A DNA stretch of 35,861 nt, taken from a virus. The notes below the pieces were generated by a model, which was not told the DNA's origin, searched no databases, and worked only from the letters and a program-made list of their open reading frames with translations. The stretch is taken from the IMG/VR virus record IMGVR_UViG_3300045988_152094, one strand, 5' to 3'. Below, piece by piece: positions 1-6,162 of the stretch; within the stretch, counting starts at the first letter, position 1; every line of letters begins with the position of its first letter. The position numbers and the translations under genes are program-made.

Positions 1-26
1 TGCACCGAGTCAGTGCAGCGGGGGCT
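1..26. repeat. terminal direct repeat, identical to nt 35836-35861; most simply a circular-assembly overlap (unit length 35835 bp)
   Basis: Read directly: tgcaccgagtcagtgcagcgggggct occurs at both ends of the window. Confidence 0.95.
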
Positions 27-41
27 CTTCATTCAGCTGGC

Positions 42-284
42 TCAGCGGCTCCTCCTTGGGCGAAAGGTGCGCCAGGCGCTCAGGACGAGCGTCGAGACCA
101 GGACGAGCGTCGAGACCAGGGTGCCGAGGGCGAAGACCCTGGTAACAGGGGTTGGTGCGGACGCCAGCATGAGGATCGCGGTGCAGAGTGCGAGGCCGAG
201 CACCCAACCGGCTAGGCTGGATCCCAGGACGAAGCGGCCACTCTGGTCGATGATCTCGCGGTCGAGGTTGTTGTTGCTTTCCAT
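42..284 (-). CDS. small two-TM membrane protein (80 aa), function unknown
   Basis: Two hydrophobic helices (FVLGSSLAGWVLGLALCTAILMLA; VFALGTLVSTLVLVSTLVLSAW) and a basic C-tail. It has its own promoter, and the ATG lies 6 nt after a TATGGT box. It is the last gene of the minus arm. Confidence 0.6.
   Translation of the reverse strand: MESNNNLDREIIDQSGRFVLGSSLAGWVLGLALCTAILMLASAPTPVTRVFALGTLVSTLVLVSTLVLSAWRTFRPRRSR
81..120. repeat. 18-bp in-frame tandem duplication (2.2 copies of caggacgagcgtcgagac) inside the membrane protein gene
   Basis: Read directly. It encodes a duplicated LVSTLV segment within the second TM helix. Confidence 0.9.
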
Positions 285-290
285 GGCTCA

Positions 291-320
291 ACCATATGCA
301 AGAGCACGGCGGACGCACAA
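291..320 (-). promoter_or_regulatory. early-type promoter: -35 TTGTGC (315-320), 18-nt spacer, -10 TATGGT (291-296), ATG at 284
   Basis: Minus-strand read: acTTGTGCgtccgccgtgctcttgcaTATGGTtgagccATG. There is no SD. The -35 lies in a hairpin loop. Confidence 0.6.
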
Positions 321-343
321 GTTCTGTGGCCGCCGTGCTCTTG
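299..343 (-). terminator. stem-loop after the metallophosphoesterase gene; 14-bp perfect stem, 17-nt loop
   Basis: CAAGAGCACGGCGG (299-312) pairs with CCGCCGTGCTCTTG (330-343). It begins 10 nt downstream of the stop at 353. Confidence 0.6.
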
Positions 344-352
344 TGATGCTCG

Positions 353-1510
353 TCACCAGAGGCGCCAAGCCAGCGCGTCGCCGTCCTTCACCTCGAAGCT
401 CAGGACGCTAGAAGCTGTTGAGTCGCCAGAGATGTTGGTCCACCAGTCCGACCCGCGATCGGCCGACGGGCAGGAGATCACCCACCGGCCGTCTCCGACC
501 TGACTCACACCGAAGTTGTGCCAGTGGCCGTGGACCAGCACGTGGGCACGCTCTAAGCCGCTCCTGCGGCCGAACGCCTGGCCCCTGAACCAATCCCCCA
601 CCTTGCTCTGCCGACCCGCCAGATGGCCGTGCGTGAAGCCCACAGAGGTGTCTCCGACGTCCACGGTCACGGACTCCTCGTGGGGCAGCGGTCGCGCGAA
701 CTCGACGTGCTCAAACCCTGGTCGCCCCGCAACGACGTCCTCGACGTTCTCCGAGATCATCAGCCCGAAGTCGTCGAACGGAGCGTTGGCCTGCTTGCCC
801 TTGCCCAGGCCGGTTCGGACCTGGCAGTGGTTGGACGGGACGGCGACGTAGACGAGCCGGTTGCAGAACGGTGCAAGCTCAGCCACCGCCTCAGCGAGGA
901 TTCGCTGAGCAACCCTGATCTGGGTGGTGAGGGCGATGTCGTTCGTCTGGGCCTGACTGTTGACGTTCCAGAACCCTTCGGTGACGTCACCGACGTCGGC
1001 CAGCACGAGGGTGGACAGACCACCCTCCTGGATCGTTGCCTTGAACGACTGCACGGCGCTGCGAACGCGAGCGACCGTCTCGGCTGTTCCGCCCCGGGAG
1101 CCGACCTTGCCGATCTGGAGATCAGCCAGGCAAAGCACAGCGTGCTTCTCGGAAGCGAGCAGGTCACGCCCCCACACCTCGGACTCGTGGCCGAACACGG
1201 GCAGCAGGTCGTCGTAGGACAGGCGCTTGGCCTCGGCCATCTCGACGGCGCCAGGCTTCCACGTGATCTTCTCGTAGGAGCCATCAGGTAGGCGGATCGT
1301 CTTCCCGCGCTGCACGATGGCGTCGACAGGGACATCATTGAAGAACGCGTCGTGCCCCTGATTGGGGGCACCACGGCGCTTCAGCTTGGCGCGGTGGCGG
1401 CGCACCGACGACTCGGAGGTGCTGAACTCGTCCGCGATCTCCTGGTTGGTCCGCTGCTGCTCGCGGGGCAGCAGGTCGTTGGCGATGATTGCCTCATCGA
1501 GCGGAGTCAC
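353..1510 (-). CDS. HTH domain fused to a calcineurin-like metallophosphoesterase (385 aa)
   Basis: N-terminal HTH (QEIADEFSTSESSVRRHRAKLKRRG). MPE motifs LADVGDVTEG, VPSNHC, FTHGH and VHGHWHN. GTG start in a GTGA overlap with the upstream stop. Confidence 0.75.
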   Translation of the reverse strand: MTPLDEAIIANDLLPREQQRTNQEIADEFSTSESSVRRHRAKLKRRGAPNQGHDAFFNDVPVDAIVQRGKTIRLPDGSYEKITWKPGAVEMAEAKRLSYDDLLPVFGHESEVWGRDLLASEKHAVLCLADLQIGKVGSRGGTAETVARVRSAVQSFKATIQEGGLSTLVLADVGDVTEGFWNVNSQAQTNDIALTTQIRVAQRILAEAVAELAPFCNRLVYVAVPSNHCQVRTGLGKGKQANAPFDDFGLMISENVEDVVAGRPGFEHVEFARPLPHEESVTVDVGDTSVGFTHGHLAGRQSKVGDWFRGQAFGRRSGLERAHVLVHGHWHNFGVSQVGDGRWVISCPSADRGSDWWTNISGDSTASSVLSFEVKDGDALAWRLW

Positions 1511-1773
1511 CGGGCGACCTCGGCGATCTTCCTCAACTCCGCCGGGCGGTAGCCGCTCAGCGTACGGACCAGAGCGCCTGACTCGTCACGCACCTCGACG
1601 ATGGGTGCCGAGGTCAAGCCGAGCGCCCGGGCGTTGCTTAGGGCTCGCTCGACCTCAGGGCCTCCATCGCTGAGCGGGCGGCCGACGTAAGCGGCGCCGA
1701 GCTTGTCGAGCATCCGCATGGTGAGTCTGCAGGGCTGGCAGTTTGGCTGGTGAAAAACGGTGATGTGCTGCAT
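1507..1773 (-). CDS. nrdH: NrdH-like glutaredoxin/thioredoxin-fold redoxin (88 aa)
   Basis: MQHITVFHQPNCQPCRLTMRMLD carries a CxxC motif in an NrdH-like context. The 265-aa ORF-track call is an upstream extension overlapping gene 1880..2341. Confidence 0.8.
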   Translation of the reverse strand: MQHITVFHQPNCQPCRLTMRMLDKLGAAYVGRPLSDGGPEVERALSNARALGLTSAPIVEVRDESGALVRTLSGYRPAELRKIAEVAR

Positions 1774-1879
1774 GTCTTCTGAGGTTAGTCGTTGATCTGG
1801 TCGATGATGGCTCGGTAGACCCCAAGCGCTCCCCGCGGGAGGAGGGGGCTGCCACGTCTGCTGCACAGTGACAAGACTT

Positions 1880-2341
1880 TCACTCCCGCACCCCTGCAAT
1901 CTTGCAGATTCCGCGTACAAGCTTGGTGGTCGCATCTGACAGGCGGGTGTGGAACCGAGCCACCCCGATTTCGTGCCCGTGGTCGAAGACGATGATGGAG
2001 TTACGAGCGCGGTCATACTCAAGGGCCACCTCGCGGCTGATCGCTTCGGCCCCGCAGTCCCCGGCGGGGCCGCCCACCACTTCGATGATGCGGGACCGCA
2101 GACTACCGGGCAGCAGTCCCGCATCAGCCAGGGCGAGGACTTCGCCGATCGACCACTCCGAGCGCCGTGCGAGGCGCTCAGACATGTTGCCGACTTTGGC
2201 TCCGAGGGGGGCGGAGATGCTCTGCATGTCCCGCTGGTAGTACCGGCCTCGGCGGCCGGCAATATCCTCCAAGTGGTCGCAAATTTCTGTGGTAGCGAGA
2301 CCATCCTGCTCGACGGAATACGAGCTAAGGCAGCGTTTCAC
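1880..2341 (-). CDS. hypothetical protein (153 aa)
   Basis: GTG start in a GTGA overlap with the stop of 2338..2679. GC-rich third codon positions. No domain recognised. Confidence 0.55.
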   Translation of the reverse strand: MKRCLSSYSVEQDGLATTEICDHLEDIAGRRGRYYQRDMQSISAPLGAKVGNMSERLARRSEWSIGEVLALADAGLLPGSLRSRIIEVVGGPAGDCGAEAISREVALEYDRARNSIIVFDHGHEIGVARFHTRLSDATTKLVRGICKIAGVRE

Positions 2342-2679
2342 TGGGCCATCACCTCAGCGAAATCGGCGTCGAACCACTCCGCCGCACGGTTAACAAACCC
2401 CCGCATCTCCGACTCCGTGGGCCGGATATTCCCGGTCTCCGTCCGGCTCCTGCCGTCGGCCATGTCCGCAGCGCGCAGTCTCCATGCGCCGGAGCGATCC
2501 ACGTATGCCGACCGTGTCCGGAGTGAGCCGTGCTTCCGTGTATCGAGAAAGGCGCGAACACTAATAGGAGTGCGGCGAATATCTTTCACCCGAGGATATA
2601 GCTCCTCTGCCAGCATCTCGTACATCTCTTCTTCAAACGACATTCTCACCGGGATGCCGTTGATCACTTTGGTCCTCAT
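2338..2679 (-). CDS. hypothetical protein with possible ribbon-helix-helix N-terminus (113 aa)
   Basis: Strong SD (gcAGGAGGcgcataATG). The N-terminus IPVRMSFEEEMYEMLAEEL has a beta-strand-then-helix pattern. The 5' part has lower GC than its neighbours. Confidence 0.65.
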   Translation of the reverse strand: MRTKVINGIPVRMSFEEEMYEMLAEELYPRVKDIRRTPISVRAFLDTRKHGSLRTRSAYVDRSGAWRLRAADMADGRSRTETGNIRPTESEMRGFVNRAAEWFDADFAEVMAQ

Positions 2680-2715
2680 TATGCGCCTCCTGCGCTGGTT
2701 GGGATTACGGGCTTG

Positions 2716-2745
2716 ATCATATGCACATCATCTGCGTTTAGTCAA
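2716..2745 (-). promoter_or_regulatory. early-type promoter: -35 TTGACT (2740-2745), 18-nt spacer, -10 TATGAT (2716-2721); leadered, SD-containing mRNA for 2679
   Basis: Minus-strand read: gcTTGACTaaacgcagatgatgtgcaTATGATcaagcc. The -35 overlaps the polymerase stop codon. Confidence 0.6.
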
Positions 2746-4702
2746 GCTCGTCATTGGCAGAGAGTTTTCGGTACCTATCCACCACGCCGCCGGCGGCGCG
2801 CAAGTGCAGGGCTGGAGCCCACGGCAGGTCGGCGCTCATGATGTCCCGGACCTTGCGGAACGCCTCGACACCGGCCGCAGACGGCTTCCCCGCCGGGTAG
2901 TCCCACCACCCCGATGGGCCCTTAATGAGCACCTCATCGTGGACGTGAGCGACGATCTCGAACCCCGCGCGATCCAGCCGCACCATCGCGGACGCAAGAC
3001 AGTCACGAGCCACGGCCTGCACGAGGTTCTCCGTCAGACGGCCGCCAAACGTCTCGACGGCGACGCCCCGCCGAGCATCCCAGAACGCCACGGACGGGCG
3101 GCCCCAACGATCCTGGGTCGCTCGGACGCCGCGGTAGATCAGGGTCCGGCCGCTGGGCAGCAGCATCCTCCGATAGGCGCGCCCGAAGGAGTCCCGCCCG
3201 GCCACGATGCGCTCGCCGCCGGTGCGGAACTCTCGCCCGAGCTGGTCCCACAACGCCGTGATGTGTGGGTTGGATCGGCGCCACGCGTCCACCTGGGCCT
3301 GAAGCGCCTCATCGCTCGGCCCATCGCCTGCGAACACGCGGAGCCCGTTCGGGCCAGCGCCGTAGCCGCACCCGAGGAGCGCAGTCTTGCCCTCCTGACG
3401 AGTCATCTCATGACCGACAGCGTCGCTCATCCGGGAGGCTGTCTCGACGTATAGGTCCCGCTTGGCCGCGTAGGCGTCGAGCACCCACTGCTCGCCTGCG
3501 AGCCAGGCCAGCACGATCGCTTCGATCGAGGTGTAGTCGCACACAATCAGGGGGCCGGCGATTACCGAGCGCACGCATGCTGCGACCTCAGAGGGGCTGA
3601 CGGGCTCGCCGAGCAGGCTCTTGTCGAGCACGTCGTCAACAGTCTCGCCCTCAGGCAGCTGCTCCCGCGGGAGGTTCTGCGGCTGGAAGCCGCTCCCGCT
3701 CCAGCGGCCGGTGTGGGCCCCTAGGTAGCGGAGAGTCCCGCGGGCACGGTCGCCTGCGCCCCGCCGCAGCTCGGCCGCTGCGAGCTTCTTCCCTGCAACG
3801 CGGGCGGAGGCCACTCGCAACTCGGCGACTCGCCGCAGCTCGGCCGGTAACGAATCGTCCGCGGCCAGGGGCTCGACGGTACCGCGGCGTAAATCGGGGA
3901 GGCTGACCCCCTTCGACGCGAACCACGTGCGGAGCTGGGCGGTGCTGTTCGGGTTCTCCAGACCGGTGATCCGCTTCAGCTCCTCTGCCTGCCGAACCAC
4001 GTTGTCGCCCTCGCAGCGCTGGAGCGCATGGAGCAGCTCGACGTCGAGGGGCAGTCCGGCGTCCGTGATCTTCTCGGCGGTGAGCTCGACGGCGCGCTCC
4101 AGCGCCGAGGGGGGCTGGCCGATCGCCTGCCACTCGTGCTCCAGCGCCCTGTGCACCTGGCGGAGAACCTCGACGTCCTGGATGCCGTAGGCACGGAACT
4201 CGCCCCAGCGCCTGGGGTCGTCGCTCGGCATGCGGCGGCCGCCGCGGAACGTCTTGGTGGCTGGCTGCGGCTTGGCGAAGCGGTTGATGAGGAGCGTCCC
4301 GGCCGTGTCCTTGTCGTCGCACTTCAGCGCCTTGGCGAGGCTCTTCAGCGAGCCGGGGAGGCCGAGGAGGTAGGCCCAGTGCATGGTGTCGAGCCACTCA
4401 GCGGGGTCGAGGTACTCCCCGGTGGCGCGGCCGTGCGTGTACGCGCTGACCTGGATGCGGTCGAACGTGGCGTTGTGGGCGACCTTGGTTACCTGGGGGT
4501 CTCGGACGAGGGTTATGAACTCCTCCCACAGCGCCGGGTCGTGACCCTCGGTGGTTGGCCCCTCGGTGATCTTCACGGGCTCGTCATCGAGCGCCCACAT
4601 CGCGAGGGTGATGCACGCCTCGCCGCTCTCGGCGTAGCGGTGGGCACCGGCCGAGATGTCGATGTCGGAGTAGGTCTCGGTGTCAAGGTATAGGGTTGGC
4701 AT
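2738..4702 (-). CDS. polA: family A DNA polymerase with 3'-5' exonuclease domain (654 aa)
   Basis: Exo motif YLDTETYS; pol motif A DYTSIEAIVLAWLAGE; motif B RQEGKTALLGCGYGAG; motif C HVHDEV. The start is set at MPTL because the 22 upstream codons of the ORF lie in a hairpin/promoter. Confidence 0.9.
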   Translation of the reverse strand: MPTLYLDTETYSDIDISAGAHRYAESGEACITLAMWALDDEPVKITEGPTTEGHDPALWEEFITLVRDPQVTKVAHNATFDRIQVSAYTHGRATGEYLDPAEWLDTMHWAYLLGLPGSLKSLAKALKCDDKDTAGTLLINRFAKPQPATKTFRGGRRMPSDDPRRWGEFRAYGIQDVEVLRQVHRALEHEWQAIGQPPSALERAVELTAEKITDAGLPLDVELLHALQRCEGDNVVRQAEELKRITGLENPNSTAQLRTWFASKGVSLPDLRRGTVEPLAADDSLPAELRRVAELRVASARVAGKKLAAAELRRGAGDRARGTLRYLGAHTGRWSGSGFQPQNLPREQLPEGETVDDVLDKSLLGEPVSPSEVAACVRSVIAGPLIVCDYTSIEAIVLAWLAGEQWVLDAYAAKRDLYVETASRMSDAVGHEMTRQEGKTALLGCGYGAGPNGLRVFAGDGPSDEALQAQVDAWRRSNPHITALWDQLGREFRTGGERIVAGRDSFGRAYRRMLLPSGRTLIYRGVRATQDRWGRPSVAFWDARRGVAVETFGGRLTENLVQAVARDCLASAMVRLDRAGFEIVAHVHDEVLIKGPSGWWDYPAGKPSAAGVEAFRKVRDIMSADLPWAPALHLRAAGGVVDRYRKLSANDELD

Positions 4703-4708
4703 GGCTAC

Positions 4709-4738
4709 AGAATATGACGGAGCCCCCGGTGTCCGCAA
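4709..4738 (-). promoter_or_regulatory. early-type promoter: -35 TTGCGG (4733-4738), 18-nt spacer, -10 TATTCT (4709-4714), ATG at 4702
   Basis: Minus-strand read: acTTGCGGacaccgggggctccgtcaTATTCTgtagccATG. No SD. Confidence 0.55.
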
Positions 4739-4762
4739 GTTCTGCGTCCCGGGGGCTCCGTC
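4716..4762 (-). terminator. stem-loop between DUF3310 gene and polymerase; 14-bp perfect stem, 19-nt loop
   Basis: GACGGAGCCCCCGG (4716-4729) pairs with CCGGGGGCTCCGTC (4749-4762). It starts 7 nt after the stop at 4769. Confidence 0.6.
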
Positions 4763-4768
4763 ACTCAC

Positions 4769-4996
4769 TCACTCACTCCCTAGTCTCTTCAGCTCCCTGT
4801 CGATGTACCACCTCGCTTTCTTCAGGTCCTCCGCTACTTTCATCGCGTCCTTGCGCCCTGCTCGGGCGATGTACTTGATCGCGTTCCCGCGGTTGAAGTT
4901 CAGGTTCTCCGTGATGTCGATTACCTCGGCGCCGTTGGACCACCCCTCGGCGTAGTGGCTGGGGCGGTTCACCGCGTCACGTGCTTCTTGGCCCAA
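4769..4996 (-). CDS. DUF3310-family phage protein (75 aa)
   Basis: NRPSHY ... GNAIKYIARAGRK ... DLKKARWYI matches the DUF3310 pattern. An alternative GTG start at 4972 would give a GTGA overlap with the VRR-NUC stop. Confidence 0.75.
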   Translation of the reverse strand: MGQEARDAVNRPSHYAEGWSNGAEVIDITENLNFNRGNAIKYIARAGRKDAMKVAEDLKKARWYIDRELKRLGSE

Positions 4997-5250
4997 TGTC
5001 TTGCGCCCTCCGTCGTGTCGATCGTGGTGACTGGGTGGCCCATGGCCTCGAGGTGCCGGTGGACCATCTTCTGCGACTCCCTCGGCGTCTCGCCGGGGGC
5101 CTTAAGCTCGACCAAGCGAGTCTCCCCGTTCGGGAGGAGGATCAGCCGATCGGGGAGCCCCCGCATCGTAGGGGCCAGCTTGATCGCGAGGCCCCCGCGG
5201 GCGCTGACCGCTGCGACCAGCGCCCGTTCAACGGGAGTCTCGGGCCTCAT
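4969..5250 (-). CDS. VRR-NUC domain nuclease (93 aa)
   Basis: GLPDRLILLPNGETRLVELKAPGETPRESQ is a PD-(D/E)xK core typical of VRR-NUC. ATGA overlap with the upstream stop. Confidence 0.8.
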   Translation of the reverse strand: MRPETPVERALVAAVSARGGLAIKLAPTMRGLPDRLILLPNGETRLVELKAPGETPRESQKMVHRHLEAMGHPVTTIDTTEGARHWAKKHVTR

Positions 5251-5810
5251 ACCAGGCCGGCCAGCGGGTCCTCGTCAGCGGCGGGCTGACTGATAGACGG
5301 CTGGGCGGGGCCGAACAGGCTCTCAGCCGAGGCGGTGCCTCCACCGAAGCGATCGCCGCCGCCGAGGATCTGGACCATCTGGAGTCCGAAGGAAACCCCC
5401 TTGGTCCCGTCCACCTCGTAGGCGAAGGCGCGGACTGCGACGCGGGCCTTCTGGCCGCCGTAGACCTCTTCGGCGATCCTCTCGTCGGAGAGCGGGAGGA
5501 GGTCGGTACCCACGATCGGGACGCGGCGAATCGAGGAGGCGTTGAAGACGACGTGGCCCGCCTGCTCTTCGTAGTCGCTGTTGTCCCCATCCTTCAGCGG
5601 GGTACGGAGGCTCTTCGGGATCTTGGTCCCCCACTTCTCCGTAGCGGCCTCGCGGGCCGCGGTCTTCAGGGCCTCGATGGTGGCCGTGTCGCTCTTGGGG
5701 ACCATGACGGCGGTGGAGACCTTGGGCTTGCTGTTGCCGTTGCGGGCCTCCAGCTTGGCCAGGTGGGGCCAAGACAGGGTTGCGGTGCCGGTGGTGACGT
5801 TGACGCTCAT
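5247..5810 (-). CDS. DUF2815 / T7 gp2.5-like ssDNA-binding protein (187 aa)
   Basis: Start at MSVNVTTG with SD GAGAGGAA. Family-like blocks PLKDGDNSDYEEQAGHVVFNASS and VYGGQKARVAVRAFAYEVDGTKGVSFGLQMVQ. Gly-rich, acidic C-tail. Confidence 0.75.
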   Translation of the reverse strand: MSVNVTTGTATLSWPHLAKLEARNGNSKPKVSTAVMVPKSDTATIEALKTAAREAATEKWGTKIPKSLRTPLKDGDNSDYEEQAGHVVFNASSIRRVPIVGTDLLPLSDERIAEEVYGGQKARVAVRAFAYEVDGTKGVSFGLQMVQILGGGDRFGGGTASAESLFGPAQPSISQPAADEDPLAGLV

Positions 5811-5863
5811 GCGTGTTGTTCCTCTCAGGGTTGAATTGGGTTGGGTAGTCGGCTGGCTCTCGA

Positions 5864-5932
5864 TCAGAAGATCCAGAGGTAGCGCTCGCCGCGCTGCTTG
5901 GCGCGGTAGTAGTGCCAGAGTCCGATAATCAT
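5864..5932 (-). CDS. possible 22-aa micro-protein MIIGLWHYYRAKQRGERYLWIF
   Basis: ATGA overlap with the stop of the HTH gene. 19 of 21 sense codons end in G/C, which is coding-like for this genome. No homology can be assessed. Confidence 0.35.
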   Translation of the reverse strand: MIIGLWHYYRAKQRGERYLWIF

Positions 5933-6159
5933 CGGCCGCCCACCCCCTTTCTGCGTCTCCTCTCGAACTTGCCCGCCCAGCGCATCGCTGTCTGCGTGGT
6001 GACCCCAATATTGCGGGCGATCATGGGCCACGGGAGGCCCAGCTTGTGGAGCCGGTTGAGAGCTCGACGGCGCTCTGTGGTGAAGCGGGAGAGACTTGTC
6101 TCCTGCTTCTCGATCATAGTTCGGAGGTTGTCCACCTCCTTGCGGATGTCGTCGTCCAT
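5929..6159 (-). CDS. small helix-turn-helix DNA-binding protein (76 aa)
   Basis: LGLPWPMIARNIGVTTQTAMRWAGKF is an HTH followed by a basic tail. It has its own promoter and a leaderless-type start. Confidence 0.7.
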   Translation of the reverse strand: MDDDIRKEVDNLRTMIEKQETSLSRFTTERRRALNRLHKLGLPWPMIARNIGVTTQTAMRWAGKFERRRRKGVGGR

Positions 6160-6162
6160 GGC

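Noticed and set aside
1-26. The 26-nt terminal repeat as a biological direct terminal repeat.
   Set aside because: The repeat cuts through the middle of a perfect 21-bp hairpin. The HNH/TerS/TerL arrangement predicts cos ends near 14.3-14.7 kb. An assembly overlap of a circular contig is the simpler explanation, but this cannot be proven without reads.
1774-1879. A promoter for the NrdH-like gene (TAACCT-N8-ATG, with TTGTCA farther upstream).
   Set aside because: The spacing to the ATG is 8 nt and there is no -35 at 17-18 nt. TTGTCA is too far away. This is too weak to call.
1507-2304. Long N-terminal extensions in the ORF track (1507..2304, 5247..6008, 2738..4768, 10978..13458, 7614..8063, 8231..8416, 17095..19080, 28226..30382, 33682..33912, 35371..35820).
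   Set aside because: The extensions overlap upstream genes or run through hairpins and promoters. Internal starts with an SD, an overlap coupling or a TAnnnT box give proteins that begin where family homology begins.
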